Positions 51,404-64,000 of a stretch of DNA of 64,000 nt are shown here, piece by piece (the stretch's first letter is position 1; the number at the start of each line of letters is the position of its first letter). The position numbers were made by a program, and so were the translations under genes. The DNA is from Chiloscyllium plagiosum (Eukaryota). The DNA is taken from contig NC_057718.1 of assembly GCF_004010195.1 (NCBI RefSeq), positions 73,492,234 through 73,556,233 on the forward strand, written 5' to 3'. The notes under the pieces are model-generated. The model searched no databases. It worked only from the letters and a program-made list of their open reading frames with translations, and had not been told where the DNA came from.

Positions 51404-52408
51404 ACCTGGCCCCTCAGAAACGCTGTCGAAACCCATGGGTTCTTCCCTTCCATCTCACATCAAGGAAATCTCAGAATCTGAGATGGACAAGGCAGATGTC
51501 GCCACCTCAATGCATTCACTGCCTAAAAAAAGGATGAATTTTCTTCCAAGAAGGTGGACTATGGTCCAGTACATGCAACCTGTATCCAAGGCTGAGATGG
51601 AGAAACTGGACCCTGTCTGAAAATGCCCCAGAAGAGGCTACAAGAAAAAGGATAGGTCTACACCCCTAGACTGAGAGGGGGTGGGATGTAGTGATTGTAA
51701 CGGGTTCAGCCAGGGTGGACTTCATAGAATACGAGGTCCCAGATTGGAGCTGTTAACCTGGTCCAATCAGGAGCCCCGGCTGACAGATGTAAAGAGGAGT
51801 ATCAGAAGTTTTGTTCCTTCTGAGACTGGCTCTGAGGAAGCCAGATCAGTGTCAAATAATGGATAACTTGGTGACAGAATACTGGCCTCTGTGGAATTAC
51901 TTCAACTGTTTTAAAAAAATATAACAATGATTTTTTTTCCAACACAAAATAAAAGATTTTGATAAATTATGAACATTTTACCAACAAACTTGTACATGGT
52001 CAAGATAATATTTTTCTTCAGTGGTCACAATGTGGCAATTCAGATTCATAGTCTTGCATGCATGAGTTCTTCAATGCCCATTTCTGAAGATATTCTGATT
52101 TCCAAGTGGCAAACTATTTGGCTTCTGGGTACTAGCAAGAGTGAATACAAGTCCAAGGATAAACTTGCTGTTTTATCATTTCTTATCCTCTGGATTCAGC
52201 AGTTTTCCTTGTTTTTCTTTAAAGCCAGACAAAAATTGAGACCAGGGATTTTGTTTATGGACTTCAAATCATTCTGTTACTATATAACGCTAGTGCTCCA
52301 TTTTTGTCTGTCATTTTTTTAACATTCAATGATTAGAGAACTCACATTTATAATTAAGGTTGAGCCCTGTGTCCTGCATGTGCTGTAACACCACTTGCAC
52401 ATGTGTAC

Positions 52409-53119
52409 ATAGAACATAGAAGAATACAGCGCAGTGCAGGCCCTTCGGCCCTCGATGTTGCGCAGATCCAAGCCCACCTAACCTACACTAGCCCACTATC
52501 CTCCATATGCCTATCCAATGCCCGCTTAAATGCCCATAATGAGAGAGAGTCCACCACTGCTACTGGCAGGGCATTCCATGAACTCACGACTCGCTGAGTA
52601 AAGAACCTACCCCTACCATACCAGGCAACATCCTGGTAAACCTCCTCTGCACCCGTTCCAGTGCCTCCACATCCTTCCTATAGTATGGCGACCACAACTG
52701 CACACAATACTCCAGATGCGGCCGCACCAGTGTCTTATACAACTGCAACATGACCTCAGTACTCCGGAACTCAATTCCTCTCCCAAAAAAGGCCAGTACG
52801 CCATATGCCTTCTTCACCGCACTATTTACCTGGGTGGCAACTTTCAACGATTTGTGTACATGGACACCAAGATCCCTCTGCTCATCCACACTACCAAGTA
52901 TCCGACCATTAGCCCAGTACCCCATCTTTTTGTTATTCTTCCCAAAGTGAATCACCTCACAATTAGCTACATTGAACTCCATTTGCCACCTTTCTGCCCA
53001 GTTCTGCAGCTTATCTATATCCTGCTGTAACCTGCCACATCCTTCCTCACTGTCTACAACTCCTCCGACTTTCGTATCATCCGCAAACTTGCTCACCCAA
53101 CCTTCTAACCCCTCCTCCA
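52409..53119 (-). mobile_element. Young 5'-truncated CR1 LINE with internal deletion
   Basis: Open minus ORF KFADDTKVGG...RPHLEYCVQLWSP..RRFTRMLPG; GTGTAC TSD at 52403-52408 and 53120-53125. Confidence 0.92.
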
Positions 53120-54914
53120 GTGTACCTGAACTGTGGATAAGTGAACCCATACATGAGACAGATGACTCCTTCTGGCCCTTTCAACTTAGCAGTTACAATC
53201 CATTCTGAGATCTCCAATGTGAAGGTGACACCAAAGTATAGCCAACTAAAACATTATTTTGAAAGCTGTGTAATGAATGTCATCAGCAGCTTGGACTCAA
53301 CCTAGCTTCTAGACCTGCTGTTGGTATTCAGCTTGGTAAATACGGATCTCCTCGCAAGCTTGCCAGGCTTTCATTAACAGATGCTCCCTGTTTGTTGAAT
53401 TGCATGAGGTCAATGCAGATATGTAATAGACTCTCTTCAGTTTTGGGACCTGAAACATCCCTAAACACCAACTGGTGGGTTGCATTACCTAATATGATAC
53501 CTAATATGGATTTCACATCTTTTTCTAGTTTAGCCTTCTACAGAAGCTGGTGTTGAATCTTTTTTGTGGCGAAGAGCAAAATTTGGCATCCAGTCTCCTT
53601 GTAATGTGCTGAGGCATGCTCAGTTTCTCCAAATCAATAAATAACTTTGGGAACTCTGACCCGAATTGTTCTGAGTTGTCCTGTTTTCATAATTTATCCG
53701 CCTTATACTGAGTTGTATAGCAAGCCAGAACAATTGGTAGCAAAACGTTTGATTGTATATGACATGTAATGTTTATGTCATTTCCCTCACTTTGGCCTGA
53801 ATTATTGTGGTCAGCAGTCCTCTACCTTTTGATGGAATCCTCCCCAGGCTGTGAATTCAGAAGCTTGATGATTGTAGAAGTTCCAGCTTCAGCCACCATG
53901 CTATGTTAAAAATGATCGGGAGCCCTGCTCTTGTGTGCAGCTTAACATTTGTTTCATTGCCATTATTTAGAATATCCACATTCCAGATGTTACCCCTAGT
54001 GTTTCCTACCCTTTAGATTCAATTTATCTCTGTTTAATTTTTGCATTTCACTGTACCATATCATTTTAAAATGGCTCCTACTTTGACAGTGTTGGCAGAC
54101 TGGATTTGTGGCAGGATTATTTTAAAGTGATGTGATTGTCTCATGCCACAACAGGGCATGGGATAATAGTGGGATTAACATGACAACACGTTTTGTCATG
54201 AGTTGGGTTAAACTATTTTCACTTGTCCTACATACCTTTTTAAGGCTGTTTGTCAAGGTTTGTTTTCACTTGCTACTTATCTCAGCTTATGTTGTTACCT
54301 GTCAGTGCCCATGCCACAAGCCCATCTTCCACAGGCTCAACCCCTTGTTCTTACAGTCCCAAGGATATATTTACTGATGGAGTCTATCCATTGTACTTGC
54401 TGGTTCTTCCACTGTAGTTCATTTCATACTGTCTGTTCGTGTTTGTTTAATTTTGACTCTGCTAACTGTGTTAGAATTTGGCTGCTCCTGCTGCTGCCTT
54501 GATTTTACACTTTGATGTCAGTGCTGGGCACTGTGTGCTTCCATTCTATTGGTGCAGGTGGGCTTTTTGAGTTTTGCTGCTGTCATGTGCTAGACCTCGT
54601 CTTAATAATGATTCTATTTATTGGATTATGTATATTATACAGAGCTGAAGACTCCTGTGGTGCATTGGTAGTGTCCTTACCTCTGAGCCAGGAGGCACAT
54701 GTTCAAGCCCCACCTACTCCAGAGGTGTGTAATAACATCTCTGAACAGGTTGATTAGAAAATATCTATATGCAGAGCAGAGAGATCCCTGGACTGGTATC
54801 TTGGAAGAAAGCCATCAACAAACCAATTACATGACATCTAATTTCCTGTAATGTCATTGACTAGCCTATTAATAACTGTTGGGTTACCATACACCTGCAA
54901 CTGAAGGTCTAACC

Positions 54915-55105
54915 ACCAGTTTCCTCCCACAGTCCAAAGATGTGCAGGTTAGATGAATTGCCCGTGCTAAATTGCCCACAGTGTTCAGGTTAGGAGCATT
55001 AGTCAGGGGTAAGTCTAGGATAATAGGGTAGGGGAATAGGTCTGGGTGGGTCACTCTTTGGAGGGTCGGTGTGGACTTGTTGGGCTGGAGGGCCTGTTTC
55101 CACAC
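54915..55105 (+). mobile_element. HE1-like SINE 3' part
   Basis: HE1 core and tail. Confidence 0.85.
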
Positions 55106-55439
55106 TGTTGGCATTCTATGATTCTATCAACAGCATGAGAACGAGAGATAAAATTGTCAATCAGGTCCTGTCATTAAGTTCTTCAGGGCCTTCAGGGAAC
55201 AAATTCTTTGAAGTTTCCTAATCTCAAACTAGCAGCCTCCTGCGCCCACCCCATTTCTGAAATAATGTCCAGTCCTGGAAACCTCTGTTAAATTCATTAC
55301 TATTGACAGTTTCAGTACATTGAGTTGATTATGATGCAGATGGAATAGCAGCATCACAATTTTTTCATAGCAGTTGCTATAAGGATTAAGAACTTTGCAG
55401 CTGCATCTGTGTTGAGAAAGCAGTTTCTGAATTCTGCAA

Positions 55440-55780
55440 GATTTCTTTCTTTATTCATTCATGGGATGAGGGCATTGCTGACCAGGCAGCATTTATTGCC
55501 CATCTCTAATTGCCAAAAGATCAGTTAAGAATCAACCACATTATTGTGGGTCTGGAGTCACATATAGGCCAGACCAGGTAAGGATGGCAGTTTCCTTTCA
55601 TAAAGGACATTAGTGAACCAGATGGGTTTTTCTGACAATTGATTCATGGCCATTATTAGACTCCTAATTTCAGATATTTGTTATTGAATACAAATTCCAT
55701 CATCTGCCCTGATGGGATTTGAACCCAGGTCCCCAAACATTATCTGGGCTGACAGTCCAGTGATAAGACCACCTCCCCAT
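55440..55780 (-). mobile_element. Second tRNA-derived SINE family with a LINE-shared 3' tail
   Basis: B-box complement GGGATTTGAACCC (~55714); tail shared with 47380-47440. Confidence 0.6.
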
Positions 55781-56589
55781 AATAAAAGTATTAGAAAATA
55801 AGTTGCTTTGATCAAATTTGTCAAACTATTCTCTATTGTGATGGTTAAAACTAAAAGAAATGATTTGTTAATCAGATTACAGGAAATAGTTGTCTTCTGA
55901 ATGAAGATGTTTAGAGATTGTGTTACAGCAATATTGGCTAGTTTGTTATATCCAAAATTATTCTTGTTGACATTTCTCTTTGGCCTGTCTCAGAATCATG
56001 TGATGTTTCACAGGAGATTTGCATACATTACAAGTCAGCCAAGGTCACATTTAAATTCTTCATTATTTTATGCCACCTTCTGTCAGGCAGGCTGTATTGC
56101 TGTTCTCTGAGAAGGCTCCTCTGAAGATAATACTGGGAAATCTTTTCTGCATTCAGTTCATGCAGAGCCAATTCTGTTTTGCCAAGGTAATTCAAATGTT
56201 ATGATGTTATGTGGCTAATTTGGTTGCAAGCAATTCATTGTCCATAATCAAACTTAGGCCTGTGCACTGCATCACGTTTGTGTTGCATGCTGTTTTATAT
56301 GTTTCTGTGTGCAACCAGCAACCAGCTGTTTCTAAAAGGAAGTATGTACTTCTTAAAGGGGAAGTACCAAGACTGCAAGATGTAGTGGGATTTATGAGAT
56401 AGGAACCTGTGCTGCAGTACTTTGTGGAATGATTGAACATGAGACAACATAAACCATGGTATGAAACAATATACTGAAGGTCAAATTAAAAATTAAATAA
56501 TGCATGCAAGATCAATTTGAATTGGATTATACATTTTTAAAATATTTATATTAAGGAAACAGGGCAATATGGTGAGCTGATTGTGGAAA

Positions 56590-56786
56590 GCTATGGAACA
56601 TGATATTGTTTGTGAGTGGCCTTACGGTTATTTGTATAACTCATGAGTAACCCAATCATATTAAAAATAGGGAGTCGTGGCTGAGAGATATAGGTTCTAA
56701 GCTAGCTGGTCAGAGGCCATGTACTGTGTACATGTAAATAAATGGTGACTTGGTCATGGGATAGCAGCCTCCCTGGAGTTATTTCA
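56590..56786 (+). repeat. Decayed solo LTR of the Mag-like Gypsy family
   Basis: TGTACATGTAAATAAA..GGAGTTATTTCA end matches 58600-58660 and resembles 51860-51904. Confidence 0.6.
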
Positions 56787-56984
56787 CCTTTCTAAGTAAT
56801 GTTAAGTGCTGTCTATTTCCACAATGTATTTAAAAAGATAGATATAGTGATCAATTTTCATTGTGTTAGCTTGGCTTATTGTTAGCACTCTTGAGCCTAA
56901 TTCAGAATACCAAACGTCCAATCTTCACTTCGCAGCCTGAATGTATAATCTATATTGACATTTTAATGCAATACTGAAAGACTT

Positions 56985-58335
56985 AGAGTCATAGAGATGT
57001 ACAGCATGGAAACAGACCCTTCTGTCCAACTCGTCCATGCTGATCAGGTATCCCAATCCAATCTCGTCCCACCTGCTAGCACCTGGCCCATATCTCTCCA
57101 AACTCTTCCTATTCATATACCCATCCAGATGCCTTTTAAATGTTGCATTTGTACCAGCCTCCACCACATCCTCTGCAGCTCATTCCATACACGTACTACC
57201 CTCAGCATGAAAAAGTTGCCCCTTAGGGTTTCTTTTATATCTTTCCCCTCTCACCCTAAACCTATGCCCTCTAGTTCTGGACTCCCTGACCCCAGGGAAA
57301 AGACTTTGCCTATTTATCCTATCCATGCTCCCATGATTTTATAAACCTCTATAAGGTCACCCCTCAGCCTCCGACACTCCAAGGAAAACAGCCCTAGCCT
57401 ATTCAACCTCTCCCTATAGCTCAAATCCTGCAACCCTGGCAACATCCTTGTGAATTTTTTCTGAACCCTTTCAAGTTTCACAACATCTTTCCGATAGGAA
57501 GGAAACCAGAATTACACGCAATATTCCAATAATGGCTGAACCAATGTCCTGTACAGCTGAAACATGACCTCTTAACTTGTGTACTCTACTCCGACTGATA
57601 AACGAAAACATACCAAACGCCTTCTTCATTATTCCATCTACCTGCAACTCCACTTTCAAGGAGCTATGAACCTGCACTCCAATGTCTCTTTGTTAAGCAC
57701 CACTCCCTAGGACCTTACCATTAAGTGTATTAGTGCTGCTCTAATTTTCTTTCCCAAAATGCAGCACTTCACATTTATCTAAATTAAACTCTATCTGCCA
57801 CTTCTCAGCCCATTGGTTCATCTGATCAAGATCCCATTGTAATCTGAGGTAACCCTCATTGCTGTTCATTACACCTCCAGTTTTGGTGTCATCTACAAAC
57901 TTACTACCTATACCTCTTAAGCTCACATCCAAATTATTTGTATAAATGATGAAAAGTAGTGGACCCAGCACAGATCCTTGTGGCACTACACTTGTGGCTC
58001 TACGGCTGGAGGAAGAGCGCCTCATCTTCCGCTTAGGAACCCTCCAACCACAAGGGATGAACTCAGACTTCTCCAGTTTCCTCATTTCCCCTCCCACCAC
58101 CTTGTCTCAGTTCCAACCCTCGAACTCAGCACCACCTTCCTAACCTGCAATCTTCTTCCTGACCAATCCGCCCCCACCCCTACTCTGGCCTATCACCCTC
58201 ACCTTATCACGCTCACCTCCACCACCACCCTCTGTCTTCTATCTTTGAGCCAGTTCTGCATCCAAATGGCTAGTTCTCCCTGAATTCAATGAGATCTAAC
58301 CTTGCTAACCAGTCTCCCATGGGGAACCTTGTGAC
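56985..58335 (-). mobile_element. 5'-truncated CR1 LINE interrupted by a Penelope fragment (~57990-58215, plus)
   Basis: VPQGSVLGPLLF, KFVDDTK, FKRHLDGYMNRK; insert reads RLEEERLIFRLGTLQPQGMNSDFSSF. Confidence 0.9.
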
Positions 58336-58554
58336 TCTAGGAATGTAAGAAATAGGAGCAGGATTTGACTATTCAGCCTCTCCAGCCTGTTCAACCATTC
58401 AATATTATTATGCCTGATCATTTGCTTCAACTCTATTTTCCCACCTACTCCCCATTTGCCTTGATACCTTGAGAAATCAAATATATGACCATCTTGGTCC
58501 TAAATATACTTAATAATGGAACATCCTCAACTCAAAAAAAAAAGGAATGGCAGG

Positions 58555-61500
58555 GGTTCTGCTCCCTCTAAGATCATGGCACATATCAGTCGGTGTAATG
58601 TGTACATGTAAATAAAGTGTGATTTGATGGTACGATACCAGCTTTCATGGAGTTATTTTCCTGATGATGAGAGGAAAATATAACCCCGAAGAGATTCACT
58701 TGCAACAGTTATCTTTGAGTTGTGCTAAGCATTTCTGGCATCATACTGCTATTTAGGAAGCTTGACTTCTTTGATCCTGCCATTAAAGACTGGGCCCAGT
58801 ATGTGGAAAGACACGTTACTTTTTCTGAACAAGTGACATTGGGGCAAATGAAAAGCAAGAAGTAACTCTCCTGACAGCTTGTGGACTCGCAGCTTTTTCA
58901 GTTATCAGGAGCCTAATTTTCCAAGCGGCACCAGGTACTAAAACTTTTCAAGAGTTGACAGATTTAATTAAGTCAGGAATATTACAATGAATACCTCCTC
59001 TAAATACTAAGATGCTTTGGTTTTATTCAGCAGTTTGAGAACCAGGGGAGTCCGTGTTGGTATGTTTTTGACGAGGTTAGGATGACTGGCAGAGGGCATG
59101 TGACTTTGGTTTAACCCTAAGTGAGATGTTGAGATGTGAGATTAATGATGTGCCCATGCAAAAGCATTTACGAGCTGAAGCCCAATTGGACTTCAAACAG
59201 GGACTACATTAGAAAATGCTGCAATGGAGCATATAAGTTACAGGGTATGCCGACAGAAGTGGACACTGTTGCCAGGCTGACTGAGCTTGGGAAACACCAT
59301 TTCAGTAAAGGCACACATCCTGACCAGGAGGACTCTAGGTCTGCCCACAGCAAAAGGCTTGGATCGGCGCAACATCGAGGGCCAAAGGGCCTGTACTGCG
59401 CTGTATTCTTCTATGTTCTATGTTCTAAAGGCAAGCCTCAGCTAAACACTCAGCATTTTATTGAGGATGTGGGCCAGCATGCCATTGTAGTTGTCGCTTA
59501 TCTGCGGACTCGAAACTGCAAAAGAGTCCCATTCAGCTTGAATTGAGTAACAGCACTCATAGGCCACTATCCAGGAAAGTGCACACTCCAGAAAGTTCAC
59601 TGACATGTGGTTTGAAACAGCTAAATTGCTTCAGAACATCCAGATGATAACCTATCAAAATAAATGTCTGATTAAGTGGTCACCCAGTTCTCATGGAGGT
59701 CAATACCAGCGTGGCTCTATCAGTGATTGCAGAGTCAGCCTTTAACAACATTCTCCCTGGACTCCAACCCTTAAGTTTGCATAAGACGTCAACCAGGCTG
59801 AGAACCTATACAGGGAAGCAGCTACAGATAAAGGGTAGAACTTCAATTTTAGTCTCTTATGAAAAGAAGCTTGTTCAGTTACCACTGACCATAGTAAAAG
59901 GCTCTGGCCCAAGTTTGGGGCAACTTTGGTTGAGAAATGTTCAACTTGATTGGCTCTATATCTTCTGATTAGGAAATGGCTGCCTGAATGACATCCTAAT
60001 CAAATACCTGGAAGTTTTTCAGAAGTTCTGAGGACTATCAAAGGTGCCAAGGCCGCCTTACATAGAGTCATAGAGATGTACAGCACGGAAACAGACCCTT
60101 CGGTCCAACTCGTTCATGCCGACCAGATATCCCAACCCAATCTAGTCCCACCTCCAGCACCTGGCCCAAATCCATCCAAACCGTTCCTATTCATATACCC
60201 ATCCAGATGCCTTTTAATGTTGCAATTGTACTAGCCTCCAAGTCATAGAGTCATGCAGCACAAAAACAGACCCTTTGGTCCAACCAGTCCATGCTGAACA
60301 TAATCCCAACTAAACTAGTCCCACTTGCCTGCTCCTGGCCCATTTCCCTCCAAACCTTTCCTATTCATGTACTTATCCAAATATCATTTAAAGTTGTATC
60401 TATATCCACATCCACCACTTCCTCAAGAAGTTCATTTCACACACAAATCACCCTTCGTGTAGAAAATTTGCCTTGCATGTCATTTTTAAATCTCTCTTAT
60501 GCTGACCATGAAGCAATCCATGATTTTGCAAGGCTTCCCTGGTACCATTTGCCTTACGTGCAAAAGTAGAGGCAGAACTCAGGAGGTTGGAAAGCGAAGG
60601 AATCATCAAACCAGTACAGTTTGTGTAAAGGGCAGCACCGGTCACACTGATTGTAAAGCCTAGTGGGTTAATTTGCCTTTGTGGGAATTTTAAACAAATA
60701 AGAAACCACTTTTCAAAAGTGAATAAACATCCAATCCCTCACATAGAGGACTTATACACAAAACTGGCACAGGGGTTGTCCTTCATGAAGCTAGACATGA
60801 GCCATGGGTACCTGCAAATGCAATTAGACGAGGATTTCCAGAGGTTTGCCACAGTTAATACTCATAAAGGTTTTTATCAATAAACCAGATTGCCTTTTAG
60901 GTATCATCAGCCTGCACCATTTTCCAGTGGTCGATGGAGACCATTTTACTAGGTCTTCCCTAGGTCGCCATTTATCTAATAACAGGGAAGACCAATAAAG
61001 AGCATATGGAGAACCTAGACATGGTGCTCAAACATTTTTCCAAGATGGATGTATGCCTTAGGAGGGAAAAATGTCTAGGGTGTTTCATGCACCCTAAGTA
61101 ACCTACTTGATCCACAGAGTCAACAAGACTGGGTTACACCAGTTGGAAGACAAAGTGAGGGTGATCAAAGATGCTCTGGTCCTCATATCTGTACCAGAGC
61201 TTAGGTCTTCCCTTGGGTTGGTAAATTATTATGGAAAATTCATACATAGCCTGACCTCCACCCTGTCAGCAGGATAATCGACGTTTCGGGCATGAGCCCT
61301 TCTTCAGGGGCTTCATCCTGAAGAAGGGCTCATGCCCGAAACATCGATTCTCCTGCTCCTTGGATGCTGTTTGACCTGTTGCGCTTTTCCAGCAACACAT
61401 TTTCAGCTCTGATCTACAGCATCTGCAGTCCTCACTTTCTCTTCCATCCTGTCACCCTCACATCTGCTATTGAAAAAGGGTGTTTCTTGGAAATGGTCTC

Positions 61501-63520
61501 GTAGCCAAGGTGTAGCCTTTCGGGAAGTGAAGAAGCAACTATTGATGTTAAAGATGTTGGCCCATTACGACCTCAAGCGAGATGTTCTACTAACATGCTG
61601 ACATCAGGATAGTGTTGGCTCACTGGTGGCCCAGCAGAAAGGAATAGTTCCTGGACTTCAGCTGAGGCCAGATGAAAATAGAACTAGAGCTACAGCTAGA
61701 GATAGAGATAAAGATGGAGATAGAGTGCCCAAATAGAGAAAGAGGGTTTGGCAGTCATCTTTGGTTTGAGGAAATTTCACCAACACCTTTTATGGATGTA
61801 AATTTGTAATAGTAACGGACTGCTTTAAGTAGGGATACTTAAAGGGGACAGGGCCATTGCAGCCTACAGCTTCTGTTCGAATTCAGCAGTGGCCTCTTAT
61901 TCTGAGTGCAGACAGTTACAGGTTGCAACATTGTCCAGGAGGCCAAGTGGCAAATGCTGATGCTTTGAGTTGCCCCCAATGGCAGATACACCAGTGGTGG
62001 TTCTGCCACTAGAAGATTACATTCTGATTTTAAAATTTCTGATCACTGCTGACAATATCAAACTGTGGAAGAATAATATTCACATCCTGGCAAAACTAAA
62101 ACAGCCGATGATGATGGAGAAACAAAAGGGCCACCACAACCAGAATTGATACCTTTCTGGACCTGATAAGGCCAGATTATCAATGTGGATGTCATATTAT
62201 TATGGGGAGCAATAGTGATTGGCCAGAGCAAAGGTCACTGCCAGAAACTAGCAGAACTCCACCAGGGTCATCCAGGGGTTTCCAAAATGTAGATATTCAT
62301 GACAGGTTATGTCTGGTGGCCAGAATTGGATGCCAACTTAGTTGTGTTTATGCAGTCGGACACAGAATGTCAACAAGGACAAAGATTACCAACAGCAGCT
62401 CCCTGATACTCATGAGAATGGCCGGGCAAACCTCAGTTACAAATCGGCTATGCTGGTCCTTTCATGGGCTCAATGTTCTTGACCATTGTGTACGCCCATC
62501 CAAAGTGGTTGAGTGTACATATAATTCATTCATCAAGTATGGGGATGATGATTGAAACGTTGCAAGCACCTTTTCAATACATGGCCTCCGGAGATGTTGG
62601 TCACAGAAAATGGGTAACATTTATCAATAGGGAATTCGAGTATTTCCTAAAGTTGAATGTCATTCAGTATGTAAGGATAGCCCTGTACCATCCATCGTCC
62701 AATGGTCTGGCGGAGAGAGCAGTCCAAACTTTGAAAGCAGGCTTAAAGAAACAGCCTATAGTTTTACTTGTGACAAGACTGTCCTACTTCCTGTTTCTTT
62801 GTAGGATCACCCCCCAACAGGGATAGCTCCAGCAGAGTTACGAATGGGAAGAGATTAAACTTGATCTTCCTGCATCAGGTTAAACTAGATCTTCCTGGAC
62901 CTGGGAGTGGGGAGAGAGTGAAATGGCTTCAGGAACGTCAATACCGGACATGACTCCTCTAAGCAAGAGAGACACTTTACTTCAGAGGACAAAGTTTGTG
63001 TCGAAAACAGAGTTGGCTCTGTATGGATAACAGGTATTGTTGGCACAAGATCAGCTCCCATGGCATACAAATTTCAGGTAAGAGAGGTGGTCCTGAGCAA
63101 ACATATCAACCACTTGAAAGCATATCCAGCAAGGTGTCAGAACCTATGGGTTCTCCCCTTCCACTTGCATCGAAGAAACTTCTGAGGACGAGATGGACAT
63201 GAGAGATGTCATAGTCTCAATGCCATTACTGCCTGAAGAAGAAGAGGAATTTCTTCCAAGACACTTCAGACACAAGAAGCGGGCTATGGTCTGATATACG
63301 CCACAGCATGTGAGGCAGAGTTGGAGGAAACAGACCTAGCGTGAAAACGCCCAAGGGAAGTTACTGGAAAAAGAATGGACCTATATCCTATCATTTAGAG
63401 CAGGAGGGATGTAGTGATTGGAATAAGTTCAACCAGGTAGACTGCATAGAATATGATTACTCTGATTGGGCAGTTAACCTGGTCCAATCAGGGAGTCCTG
63501 ACTGACAGGTACAAACAAAT
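58555..63520 (+). mobile_element. Mag-like Gypsy LTR retrotransposon, near-complete but decayed (gag-PR-RT-RH-INT)
   Basis: 5' LTR end ~58660 and decayed TGGCGACGAG-type PBS; gag FDPAIKDWAQYVER; PR MEVNTSVALSVI; RT KLDMSHGYLQ..VNTHKG; ELRSSLGLVNYYGKF; INT ELHQGHPG..WWP, YHPSSNGLAERAVQTLK; PPT then 3' LTR from 63410. Nested: CR1 tails (59358-59428, 60062-60497) and a Penelope unit. Confidence 0.92.
61269..61442. mobile_element. Penelope-derived fold-back insertion with two hammerhead-like cores
   Basis: Inverted arms 61269-61308 and 61317-61356; TCCA(C/T)CCTGTCA duplication at 61257-61268 and 61443-61454. Confidence 0.85.
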
Positions 63521-64000
63521 AGTTAACCACTTTTATAAAGGTTAATGTGGTCAAAAAACCACAAAATCTAACAAAACTATCAGACTGTTTGTCCTCCTTC
63601 CAGTACAGGAACAGGAATTTACTACAAGAATGAAGTCATTGCCTTCAGTTGCTGTGACAATTTTGTTCCCTATTTAGTAACTCTTTTTAGTCCTTGGAAA
63701 CTACAAGGCCAAACTGTACTGTTGACAACCCTAGTGCCATATTTGACTGAGATGAGATACTGACATATTCATATTAAGATTTTCACATTCATTATATCAC
63801 CTGCTTCACATCAAGTGCTATCAAGAGTTCACAGCCAAACCTCTGTCACAACTAGACTTGATTATTCTATTATTCTCTTGGCCATCATCACACTTAAAAA
63901 CTTAAGGTCATCTAAATTTTGCTATGCGTGTCCTTAATGTACCAAGTCACATTCACCTAATACCCCTAAACTACATCGATTTCCAATCAAGCAGCTTCTT

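Larger units (their letters stand above)
49330..51904 (+). mobile_element. Mag-like Gypsy element, multiply deleted, with 3' LTR 51687-51904
   Basis: gag EMLRDYLVCGI; PR IDT; RT DLDD; ELRSFLGL; RNase H and INT pieces (HPSSNGFAERTVQTL); PPT GAGAGGGGGTGGGA then TGTAGTG...TTCA; homologous to 58555-63520. Confidence 0.85.

Noticed and set aside
52584..53150. 188-aa ORF and other longer ORFs (19468-21031, 38096-38494) as host genes
   Set aside because: All are LINE ORF2 fragments
53328..53516. 62-aa minus ORF in unique sequence
   Set aside because: No recognisable motif or convincing exon context
58661..58680. CTGATGATGAGAGGAAAA as another hammerhead core
   Set aside because: No stem II; better explained as the decayed PBS of the Gypsy element

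Overview
This is eukaryotic, AT-rich, transposon-dominated DNA. I infer a cartilaginous fish, probably a bamboo or epaulette-type shark, from the HE1-like SINEs and CR1/HER1-like LINEs. I found no intact host protein-coding gene; nearly all predicted ORFs are decayed or off-frame transposon pieces. The window holds many CR1 LINE copies, including a near-full-length one nested in another, about ten HE1-like tRNA-derived SINEs, and Rex1/Babar, RTE and L2 LINE remnants. LTR elements are a Gmr1-type Gypsy (integrase directly after protease), two Mag-like Gypsy elements and several solo LTRs. Penelope-like (GIY-YIG) fragments are also present. Three observations stand out. (1) Short Penelope-derived insertions carry hammerhead-ribozyme core motifs (CTGAnGA..stem..GAAA); two are head-to-head fold-back units with target-site duplications (TSDs). 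(2) A 3.4-kb LTR element (29091-32507) has a 5-bp TSD, a tRNA-Ser-like PBS, no recognisable pol and an unidentified interior. (3) An eroded Cys-rich region (~25635-27160) may be a viral fusion-glycoprotein (env) remnant, possibly lokiretrovirus-like. Family assignments come from motifs read by eye, and coordinates of decayed elements are approximate.
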